In this document: one piece after another, positions 26,054 through 34,517 of the stretch
How the letters are laid out: each line of letters opens with the position of its first letter
Numbering within the stretch: position 1 is the stretch's first letter
Origin: an uncultured virus (IMG/VR IMGVR_UViG_3300022744_000004)
Taxonomy: Duplodnaviria > Heunggongvirae > Uroviricota > Caudoviricetes
Virus record (IMG/VR): IMGVR_UViG_3300022744_000004
Coordinates: 1 to 64,000 of that record
DNA: 64,000 bases
Strand: one strand, 5' to 3'
Notes under the pieces: model-generated
Databases searched by the model: none
What the model was told of the DNA's origin: nothing
Seen by the model: only the letters and a program-made list of their open reading frames with translations
Position numbers and translations under genes: made by a program

Positions 26054-26278
26054 ATGGCGCTCCCTAAAGCCGAAAATGTACTGGCACAGATTGACTTGCA
26101 AGACCCCCGCATAACGGAGCTTGAAGCCGTAGGGTTAGCAAAAATCCTTGCCAAACGCGAACAGTATGTGCGGCAGGGGCGAAACGAAGAAGCGCATGGG
26201 GCGGGCACCGCCGCGTGGATTATGTGGCTGGAGCTTACGCAGGGCCGTAAGTACATCACGAACTGGGGTGAACTATGA
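26054..26278 (+). CDS. hypothetical protein
   Basis: GGAG upstream of MALPKA; ATGA overlap with the next gene. Confidence 0.5.
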   Translation: MALPKAENVLAQIDLQDPRITELEAVGLAKILAKREQYVRQGRNEEAHGAGTAAWIMWLELTQGRKYITNWGEL

Positions 26279-26796
26279 ACTGGATCGACGTACTCAAATC
26301 TCTGGCCCCCACGGTTGCATCCGCTGCGCTCGGCCCGCTGGGGGGAATGGCGGTATCTGCGCTGGGTAAGGTGTTCGGTGTGGACAACGCCACGCAGCAG
26401 GACGTAGCCAAAATCTTCCAAGATAACCAGCTAAAGCCGGAAGACTTGGCAAAGCTGCGTCAGCTAGAGATTGAGTTCAAACAGCACGAGATGGACAACG
26501 GGTTCAAGTTTGCCGAGCTTGAGTTCAAAGACCGCGACTCCGCGCGGAACATGGCTATCCAGACGCACAGTATCACCCCCAGCTTGCTGACTTGGTTGAT
26601 CGTCCTGATCACGCTCACAGCCGAAGGTTTGCTGCTGTTCCACGCCATGCCAGCCAACGCAGACCCTATCATTATTGGGCGTGTTCTGGGTACAATGGAT
26701 TCCGCGCTTATCATGGTTCTGGGCTTTTGGTTCGGCTCCAACTCCAACAGTCAGCGTAAGACCGAGCTGCTGGCGCAGGCTCAGCCAACCAAATAG
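26275..26796 (+). CDS. putative holin
   Basis: LAPTVASAALGPLGG N-terminus, DRDSAR, two C-terminal TM segments, FWFGS. Confidence 0.7.
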   Translation: MNWIDVLKSLAPTVASAALGPLGGMAVSALGKVFGVDNATQQDVAKIFQDNQLKPEDLAKLRQLEIEFKQHEMDNGFKFAELEFKDRDSARNMAIQTHSITPSLLTWLIVLITLTAEGLLLFHAMPANADPIIIGRVLGTMDSALIMVLGFWFGSNSNSQRKTELLAQAQPTK

Positions 26797-26804
26797 GATG
26801 CGCC

Positions 26805-28679
26805 ATGCCCTTAAAAAAGCTGCAGTTTAAGCCCGGCGTAAACCGGGAGAACACCCGATACACCAATGAAGGCGGGTATTTTGAGTCGGACAAGGTACGG
26901 TTCCGCCAAGGTACTCCCGAGAAAATTGGCGGTTGGGTGCGTACTTCTGCAAATACATTTCTTGGAGTGTGCCGCTCGCTTTTCCAATGGGTGACGCTGG
27001 CCCAGTTCCGCTATACCGGTGTCGGCACCAACCTGAAGTTCTACATCGAGTCCGGCACGGCTTACTATGACGTAACCCCATTACGTACAACGGTCACGCT
27101 GGCGGCTAACCCCTTCCGGGCAACGCTTGGGTCTTCGGTGATTACCGTTACGGCGGCTGCACACGGTGCGCTGGATGGTGCGTTTGTGACATTCTCCGGG
27201 GCTGCGGGCCTTGGCGGCAACATCACTGCAACGGTGCTCAATAAGGAGTACCAGCTCACCTATGTGGGCGTGAACACCTACACCATTACCGTGGCAGCCA
27301 CCGCTATCGCAGCGGACGTTACTGGCTCGCCGGGTGGCGGCGCGGCGGTGTCTGCGGCCTACCAGATCAACCCCGGATACGCCTCTACCGTTGCGGTTGT
27401 CGGCTGGGGTGCGGGTAACTGGGGCTACGGCACATGGGGCTTTGGGCAAACCGCCGTGGAGAAGCTGCGCCTCTGGACGCAGTGCAACTTTGGCGAGAAC
27501 CTACTGTTCAACCCCCGCTACGGCGCGATTTACTACTGGACGGCCTCGGGCGGCCTGTCCGCGCGAGCTGTGAACATCACATCGCTTCCCGGCGCATCTG
27601 ATCCGCCGGTAGTGGCACTCAATGTTGTAGTGTCGGATGTGTCCCGGTTTGTCATTGCATTCGGTACCAACACCATTGGCTCAGCCGTGCAAGACCCGAT
27701 GTACATCCGCTGGTCGGATCAAGAGTCGGTGACCATGTGGACACCAGCGGCCACAAACCAAGCGGGCGGCATCCGCCTGTCGCACGGCTACGAGATCGTA
27801 GCTACCCTGCAGACCCGGCAGGAAATTTTGATCTGGACAGACTCGTCCATGTATTCCATGCAGTACGTCGGCTACCCAGCGGTGTGGAGTGTGCAGTTGC
27901 TGGCCGACGCCATCACGATCATCAGCCCCAACGCGCAAGCAGTGGCGGCCGGGGTTACCTACTGGATGGGCGTGGACAAGTTCTACAAGTACGACGGCCA
28001 CGTCTCTACGTTGCGCTGCGACTTGCGCCAGTTCATATTTTCCGACATCAACCAGCAGGAGGCGTACCAAATCTTTGGCGCGACTAACGAGGGGTTTAAC
28101 GAAATCTGGTGGTTCTATTGCACATCAGGCTCGACAACGGTGAATCGGTACGTTGTGTACAACTACGTTGAGGATGCGTGGTACTACGGCTCGATGGCAC
28201 GTACGGCTTGGCTGGACTCCGGTGTTACTACACAACCTATCGCTGCAACCTACAGTCAGAACATCGTCACCCATGAAACGGGGCTGGACGATAACGAGTC
28301 CGGTGTCCCGCAGCCGATCGACGCCTACATTGTCACTTCGGAATTTGATATTGATGACGGCCACAACTTTGGCTTCGTGTGGCGGCTGATCCCAGACATG
28401 ACGTTCGACGGCTCGACAAATGCAGCCCCTACAGCCACCATGACGCTCATGCCGATGCAGAACTCTGGCTCTGGCTACAACAACCCTATGTCGGTGGCTG
28501 GCTCGGCAAGCGGCAGTGTGGTGCGTACCTCCACGGTTACCATCGAGCAGTTCACCGGGCAGTTGTACATCCGCGTGCGCGGGCGGCAGATGGCGTTCAA
28601 GATCGAGACTAACCAGCTCGGTACAACGTGGCAGCTTGGTGCCCCACGTATCGACATCCGACCTGACGGTCGCCGGTAG
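26805..28679 (+). CDS. tail/DNA-stabilisation protein (P22 gp10-like nozzle)
   Basis: 624-aa W/Y-rich beta-propeller-like sequence (IRWSDQE, EIWWFY, RTAW, RVRGRQ, PDGRR). Confidence 0.7.
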   Translation: MPLKKLQFKPGVNRENTRYTNEGGYFESDKVRFRQGTPEKIGGWVRTSANTFLGVCRSLFQWVTLAQFRYTGVGTNLKFYIESGTAYYDVTPLRTTVTLAANPFRATLGSSVITVTAAAHGALDGAFVTFSGAAGLGGNITATVLNKEYQLTYVGVNTYTITVAATAIAADVTGSPGGGAAVSAAYQINPGYASTVAVVGWGAGNWGYGTWGFGQTAVEKLRLWTQCNFGENLLFNPRYGAIYYWTASGGLSARAVNITSLPGASDPPVVALNVVVSDVSRFVIAFGTNTIGSAVQDPMYIRWSDQESVTMWTPAATNQAGGIRLSHGYEIVATLQTRQEILIWTDSSMYSMQYVGYPAVWSVQLLADAITIISPNAQAVAAGVTYWMGVDKFYKYDGHVSTLRCDLRQFIFSDINQQEAYQIFGATNEGFNEIWWFYCTSGSTTVNRYVVYNYVEDAWYYGSMARTAWLDSGVTTQPIAATYSQNIVTHETGLDDNESGVPQPIDAYIVTSEFDIDDGHNFGFVWRLIPDMTFDGSTNAAPTATMTLMPMQNSGSGYNNPMSVAGSASGSVVRTSTVTIEQFTGQLYIRVRGRQMAFKIETNQLGTTWQLGAPRIDIRPDGRR

Positions 28680-28681
28680 GC

Positions 28682-29323
28682 ATGACAACCCGCCGCGTAC
28701 CGCTCGTAAAGTCCCCTGCGCTTGCGCAGGTGCCGGACGAGTATGAGTCAACGCCATTCAACCGGATCGTCAATACCCTTCGGCTGTACTTCAACCAAGT
28801 GGATGCGGCCTTCAGTACCTTGCTGGGTACGCGCGGCGGGAGAATCTTGAACAACCCCTATGGGGCTTTCAGTAACTCGGCAACGCAGTCGCTTGCGGCC
28901 GCCAGCACCCCCTACGTGGTTGTTCTGAACACCACGGACTATGGAAACGGAGTTACGCTTGCCTCAAACAAGATGACCGTTGCACAGGACGGTATCTATA
29001 ATTGCCAGTTCAGCTTGCAGTTTGAGAACACAACCGCGCAGATCATAGATGCGTGGGTTTGGATACGTAAAAACGGGGCCGATGTGGCGGGTACCGCTAG
29101 TACATGGGCGGTAGTGGCATCCCACGGCGGCACCAACGGATACGCAATCGGCGCGTGCAATTTCTTTGTCAATTTGGTGGCGAACGACTATATTGAGCTG
29201 ATTGTTGCAGCCGACGCCACAGGACTTAATATCGAGGCTTATACGAACGCTACGCTCCCCTTTGTGCGGCCAAGCGTTCCGTCCTCAGTAGTAACATTAT
29301 CTTTTGTGTCCGCACCAACATGA
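28682..29323 (+). CDS. putative tail-associated protein
   Basis: LRLYFNQVD N-terminus then a beta-sandwich segment (GIYNCQFSLQ). Confidence 0.7.
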   Translation: MTTRRVPLVKSPALAQVPDEYESTPFNRIVNTLRLYFNQVDAAFSTLLGTRGGRILNNPYGAFSNSATQSLAAASTPYVVVLNTTDYGNGVTLASNKMTVAQDGIYNCQFSLQFENTTAQIIDAWVWIRKNGADVAGTASTWAVVASHGGTNGYAIGACNFFVNLVANDYIELIVAADATGLNIEAYTNATLPFVRPSVPSSVVTLSFVSAPT

Positions 29324-29349
29324 TGCCGACCTTTTTTCAGGAGTAGCTT

Positions 29350-30651
29350 ATGCCCGGTGGTGGAGGACGTTATCAGGACGGTACACCCGCTACGCCCGCG
29401 GCGCAGGCGGAAGCTGCTCGCAAGGCTTACGGGACTTCCCTGTTCAAGGCATCCTACGATCAGGTCGAGGAGCTACGTAAGCAGTACACCTCAGGCGGAG
29501 GACGAAACCGCGACTTCGATAGCGTAGGGTTTAACAGCGCAGTTGCCGCGCTGAACGCCAACGCCATGCAGGCGTACTTGAACTCGGAGCCGATCAAAAA
29601 TCTGCTTGGTAGCGGTAGTGTCACAACCCAGTACGGCCAAATTGACGGCCGCAATGGTATGCGGGACGACAGGTCTAACATTACCGGCTTCGTGCGCGAC
29701 AACCATGATGGGACGTTTACGCAGTTCGATATCGCCGGGAAACAGGGCGCAACCTACCGCCCATCCTCTGGTGGCGGTTTGTTCGGTGGAATTGGCGACT
29801 TCATCAGCGGCCTTGGTAGCGCCGCAAGTGATATTGTCTCCGGCGTAAGCAAAGCCGTCGCAGAGAACCCAATCGGGCAGGCCGCCATCACAGCTATTGC
29901 TGCGGCCAACGGCATTGACCCCGCCACAACTGCGGCCATACTGGGTGTGAACCAAACGTCTCAGCACGGTGATGTTGGCGCGGGGCTTACTACTGGGTTA
30001 GTTTCTTACGGACTTGGTAACGCAGTGAATGCGCTAAGCCCAGCCACTACAACAGCCGCCACTGCCGCGCCGGAAAGCGCGGAGCCGTTTATCACTGGTG
30101 GCACGCACATTGCCGATTCTGCCGGGGTGTTTCCTGCAGAAGCAACGACTTCATTGTCTGACGTACTACCGAAGTCAGTGGTTTCTGGCATTGAAAAAGG
30201 CGTGGGTTCTGCTATTGGCAAAACGATCGGCCTGCCTGTAGACACGCTGACAAAACTGGCAAATGGCGACTTCAGCGGGCTTGTTGACTCCGCCATTACT
30301 GGAACAACCGCAAAGACCGTATCAGACATCATTACCGGCGGCCCTAAGTCCAGCCCTACCGGCCCTACCGGCCCTACCGGCCCTACCGGCCCTACCGGCA
30401 CTGTACCTACGGGTACTACCACTGCGCCTGCAACGCCGCCAGCCCCGACAAATGATGCATACCGGCAGTTCATGATGATGCAGATGATGCAGCAGCCGGA
30501 ACAGCAAGCGCAGCCTGTTCAAACCCCACTTGTGGACATAAAATCCACGGTAAACCCGTTCGGTACGCTTGACAATCCGTTTTCAAGACACCCCGTGCAA
30601 GCAAGTTCAGGTGGCTCGATTGAAGACCTAATCCACCTGTTAAGGAGATAA
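29350..30651 (+). CDS. putative internal virion/ejection protein
   Basis: G/A/T-rich low-complexity protein after the tail genes. Confidence 0.65.
   Translation: MPGGGGRYQDGTPATPAAQAEAARKAYGTSLFKASYDQVEELRKQYTSGGGRNRDFDSVGFNSAVAALNANAMQAYLNSEPIKNLLGSGSVTTQYGQIDGRNGMRDDRSNITGFVRDNHDGTFTQFDIAGKQGATYRPSSGGGLFGGIGDFISGLGSAASDIVSGVSKAVAENPIGQAAITAIAAANGIDPATTAAILGVNQTSQHGDVGAGLTTGLVSYGLGNAVNALSPATTTAATAAPESAEPFITGGTHIADSAGVFPAEATTSLSDVLPKSVVSGIEKGVGSAIGKTIGLPVDTLTKLANGDFSGLVDSAITGTTAKTVSDIITGGPKSSPTGPTGPTGPTGPTGTVPTGTTTAPATPPAPTNDAYRQFMMMQMMQQPEQQAQPVQTPLVDIKSTVNPFGTLDNPFSRHPVQASSGGSIEDLIHLLRR
30354..30398 (+). repeat. perfect tandem repeat (CCCTACCGG)x5 encoding PTG repeats
   Basis: Seen directly. 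Confidence 0.95.
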
Positions 30652-30654
30652 GCT

Positions 30655-32718
30655 ATGGCAAAGGTGCCCTACACCTACATCACGTATGATGAAAACGGCG
30701 ATCCCGTACAGAATACGGACTACTACGACGACGGCACCCCTGACGAGCAGGCGGCTCCATATAACTGGGGAACCATCGGCGCACCGCTTACTGGTGAGCA
30801 GGTAACTGGGGGCAGCGCGAACAACCCATCGCCGCCCAATATTCCGGGCACCAATCCAAATGCATACGCGCCTACCGAGGGCACCACTTCCGGCGGTGGT
30901 TACTCTGGAATTTCTGACATTTCCGGCGATACCAGCACAAGCGCGGGGGCTAAGCCAAGCTCTTGGGACAATGTGCTCAACTACTTGAAGACAGACGGCA
31001 AGTACGACCCCAAGAAAATCGCTGGTATTGCTACGGCTATCGGCGGTATTGACGCCCTAACTGGCGGCAATCTGAACAAATTTTTGAGCAGTTCCACAGG
31101 TCAGCCAGTAGGCTACCTCGGCGGTATTCCCAAGTACGAAGTGTCGCGCGAGCGCAAAGCAATGCCCAAACTGTCCACAGCCGATATTCTCAGCGGAGGC
31201 GCACAAAGCCGCGACTACTTTGGTGATACTAAGTATGTGAAGGCCGCCGGTGGTGGCTTGATGCCCGGAGATATTGGTGTTGGTTACGCAGCAGGCGGCC
31301 GAACAGGACGCTATCTTCAAGGTGCCACGGACGGCATGGCTGACGATCTGCCTGCGCATATCGACGGCAACCAGCCCGCCGCACTGAGTCATGGCGAGTT
31401 TGTCATTCCTGCTGATGTGGTATCCCATCTTGGCAATGGCAACTCCGATGCTGGGGCCAAGAAGCTTTACGCCATGATGGACAAGATTCGTATGGCACGC
31501 ACCGGCACCAAGAAGCAAGGCAAGCAGATCAACCCCGACAAATTTATGCCGGGCGGATTGGCAAAGCTGGCTGCGGGTGGTGGCGTTCGCGGGTTTGCTG
31601 CTGGCGGTGATACTACGACTGTACCTACGGGTGCCAACGGCATAGAGTCCAGCCTATCCAACTGGGCCGGGCCGTATGTTACTGACATGCTGGGCAAGGC
31701 AGATGCACTGGCATCCAAGCCGTATGAAGCATACCAAGGAACCCTTTCTGCCGGTGCATCCGACTTGCAAAAGCAAGGGTTCCAGCAAGCCTCCGGTCTA
31801 TCCACTCCCGCTTCCATCGGGCAGTCAGCAGCAACCGCCGGGAACATTGCGTCCAAAGCGCAAGGGCTCAGCTATAGCCCGACATCTTTTGGGAACCAAT
31901 TCACCGCTCCCGGCGCGTATCAGGCCAGCAACATAACTGCAGGCAACTTCGATACCTCGGCTGCCCAGAAGTACATGAACCCCTACCTAGCTGCGGCGTT
32001 GAACCCGCAGTTGGACGAGCTGCGCCGTCAGTCGCAGATCACACAAATGGGTAATGATGCCAAGATGGTCGGTGCGGGCGCGTTTGGCGGCGATCGCCAA
32101 GCCCTGTTGACTTCGGAAAATCAGCGCAACATGCTGAACTCTATGGAGTCGGCATTGGGTACTGGCTATAAGAATGCGTACGATGCAGCGACTGCCCAAT
32201 TCAACGCGGATCAAAACCGTGGCGTGGATGTACAAAAGGCCAACGAGCAGTCCCGCCAGTTTGGCGCTGGACAAGCAATGACAGGGGCGCAGTCCACTGC
32301 ACAGTACGGTCTTGCAGCCCAGCAGGCAGCCGAGCAGTCCAAACAATTCGGGGCCAACTATGGGTTACAAGGACTCAACACCGCTCTGCAAGCTACACAG
32401 ACGCAAGGCAATATGGGCGTACAGCAGAACCAAGCAGGCATCAACAACCTCGACGCCTTGATGAAGGCAGGTAGCACACAGCGCGATATTACGCAGCAGG
32501 GTATTACCGCAGACATCAACGCGTTCAACGAAGCCCGCGACAACCCATACAAGATGCTGCAGTTCAAACAGTCTATGCTCCAAGGGCTGCCGATCACGGC
32601 ACAACAGTACAACCAAGCACAGCCGTCCCTCATGCAGCAGCTCGCGGGTATGGGCGCTACCGGTGCACAGATTTCTGACTTCCTCAACGCAATCAGCGGC
32701 AACGTGAAAAAGCCTTAA
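30655..32718 (+). CDS. putative internal virion/ejection protein
   Basis: DGMADDLPA...LSHGEFVIPADVV domain; YMNPY, GAFGG and Q/A-rich C-terminal half typical of DNA-transfer proteins. Confidence 0.7.
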   Translation: MAKVPYTYITYDENGDPVQNTDYYDDGTPDEQAAPYNWGTIGAPLTGEQVTGGSANNPSPPNIPGTNPNAYAPTEGTTSGGGYSGISDISGDTSTSAGAKPSSWDNVLNYLKTDGKYDPKKIAGIATAIGGIDALTGGNLNKFLSSSTGQPVGYLGGIPKYEVSRERKAMPKLSTADILSGGAQSRDYFGDTKYVKAAGGGLMPGDIGVGYAAGGRTGRYLQGATDGMADDLPAHIDGNQPAALSHGEFVIPADVVSHLGNGNSDAGAKKLYAMMDKIRMARTGTKKQGKQINPDKFMPGGLAKLAAGGGVRGFAAGGDTTTVPTGANGIESSLSNWAGPYVTDMLGKADALASKPYEAYQGTLSAGASDLQKQGFQQASGLSTPASIGQSAATAGNIASKAQGLSYSPTSFGNQFTAPGAYQASNITAGNFDTSAAQKYMNPYLAAALNPQLDELRRQSQITQMGNDAKMVGAGAFGGDRQALLTSENQRNMLNSMESALGTGYKNAYDAATAQFNADQNRGVDVQKANEQSRQFGAGQAMTGAQSTAQYGLAAQQAAEQSKQFGANYGLQGLNTALQATQTQGNMGVQQNQAGINNLDALMKAGSTQRDITQQGITADINAFNEARDNPYKMLQFKQSMLQGLPITAQQYNQAQPSLMQQLAGMGATGAQISDFLNAISGNVKKP

Positions 32719-32731
32719 CCAGCAGTAAGCC

Positions 32732-34516
32732 ATGAACACACTACCTTCCCCCCAAGGAATTGCTGCCGCCTACCAAGGCAACCCGCAGCCGCTGCAACAA
32801 AAAGTCCAGAAGCAAGGCGCTGGCCCACAAGGGCTGCCTAACGATCTGGTTGACGCGTTGGCGTTACAAATGGTCTTGCAGCAACAGACTGCTGCAAAGA
32901 ATCAACTCGCTATGCAGCAAGGCGGGCAGAAGCCGGACATCGTGAGTCAGTTGCGCGATCAGGCGGTTGGTAACGCACGCAGCGACATCCAGCAGAAGCT
33001 GGGTGCGCAGGCGCAACAAGCACAACAGCAGCAAGGGCTGCAGGCGCTGGCGCAGCAGGGTGGCGCTCCGCAAAGTGGTGGCGTTGATCATCTGCCTTCT
33101 GGTGTCGGCCAGCACCTAGCTGGCGGCGGGATTGTGGCGTTTAGCGGGGAAGACGAAGATCAAGTTGTTGACGGCGACACCTCGCAGTTGTCAAAAGACT
33201 GGCAGGCGTTCACCAAGCCGTACGACACGGCCAAAGGGGAGCGGGCAGCGGAAGAGAAGCGTATCAATGCCATAGCGCAGGCCGCACGCGACCAGCGAGC
33301 ATTGGAAGAAGCACAGCAAAAAGCCGCAGACACGGCTGCCGGGCCGTTGGGCTACGCCTTCTCCCCCGCATCGCAATACAAGGATGCGCAGTACGTGCTG
33401 CAGAACCTAAAAGGATCGCGCAACTACGACAACGAAACCAAGCGTGGCATCGCTGCGCTTGCAGACGCCGCGAGCACTGCACCGGCGGTGGATGACCGCA
33501 CTCGCCGCACCCCGTCTTTGTACCGGTCGGACGCAGCCTCCCCCAACGCAGAAGCACAACGTGCGCTATCTCTGTACATGGCGAAGCACCCGGAAGCTGC
33601 CGGTGGCCCGATGGCGGTAAGTGGGCAAGCAGCCCCCGGCGCGGGTTCGTCACACCTGTCTCCGGCCGACTCCAAGTTCACACAGGACTACCAGAAGATT
33701 CTGTTGCAACAGTTGGGGGCAGACCCGCTTGCCTCGCAAAACCGCGCCGCCGACTACGAGCGTACTACGGTCGGCGCACAGCCTATTCTTGACGAGCAGA
33801 AACAACGGGCGCTTGCGCTGCAGCAACTGCAAGAGCAGCAAAAAGGGTTGCGTAACCCGACGTACGAGTTCTTGCGCGGTATTGCCGAAAGCCGTCCCGG
33901 CTGGGGTGGTATGGGTATGCAGATGCTGGGCGGCGCAAACCGCTACAGTGATGCTAAGACCAAGTGGGGCGCGGAAGATGTCACGAACCAAGAGGGCATC
34001 GACAAACTGTTGAACGCAGTGGGCACAGCCCAAATCGCCGCAAATACAGGCGTTGCCAAGGCTGGGCAACAAGGCTACTCCGACGCAGCCCGCCTGCTTG
34101 GCACGGCGCTTACCGCCGGTGCCAGCGAGTCTGGGCGCATCGAAAGCGCTGCACAACGTGCCGAAGCTGCGCGGTACGCCGCTGATGAGCGCCTGCAAGC
34201 AATGCGCGAGCGCATGGCAAATGCCGCAAACACGAGTCAAGCTGCCAAGGCCGCCGAGATCCGCGCACAAGCGCAGGAGACTGTGGCTGTCATGCGCGAC
34301 CTGACGACAGAACTGGACAAGATTGATCCGGGCATGGCGATGGCTGACAAGAATCTTGCCGCACGCCGCACCGCACTGCAAAATGAGATCGGTATGTGGC
34401 GCTCGCACTTGGCAAAACTACACGGGGTGTCCGCCGATTCTGGCGCCGGGGCAGCAGGTGGCGCAAAACCGTCCATGAAATACAATCCGCAGACTGGAAA
34501 ACTAGAGGCCATTTAG
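32732..34516 (+). CDS. putative internal virion/ejection protein
   Basis: Q/A-rich helical 594 aa between ejection-type genes. Confidence 0.65.
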   Translation: MNTLPSPQGIAAAYQGNPQPLQQKVQKQGAGPQGLPNDLVDALALQMVLQQQTAAKNQLAMQQGGQKPDIVSQLRDQAVGNARSDIQQKLGAQAQQAQQQQGLQALAQQGGAPQSGGVDHLPSGVGQHLAGGGIVAFSGEDEDQVVDGDTSQLSKDWQAFTKPYDTAKGERAAEEKRINAIAQAARDQRALEEAQQKAADTAAGPLGYAFSPASQYKDAQYVLQNLKGSRNYDNETKRGIAALADAASTAPAVDDRTRRTPSLYRSDAASPNAEAQRALSLYMAKHPEAAGGPMAVSGQAAPGAGSSHLSPADSKFTQDYQKILLQQLGADPLASQNRAADYERTTVGAQPILDEQKQRALALQQLQEQQKGLRNPTYEFLRGIAESRPGWGGMGMQMLGGANRYSDAKTKWGAEDVTNQEGIDKLLNAVGTAQIAANTGVAKAGQQGYSDAARLLGTALTAGASESGRIESAAQRAEAARYAADERLQAMRERMANAANTSQAAKAAEIRAQAQETVAVMRDLTTELDKIDPGMAMADKNLAARRTALQNEIGMWRSHLAKLHGVSADSGAGAAGGAKPSMKYNPQTGKLEAI

Positions 34517-34517
34517 T

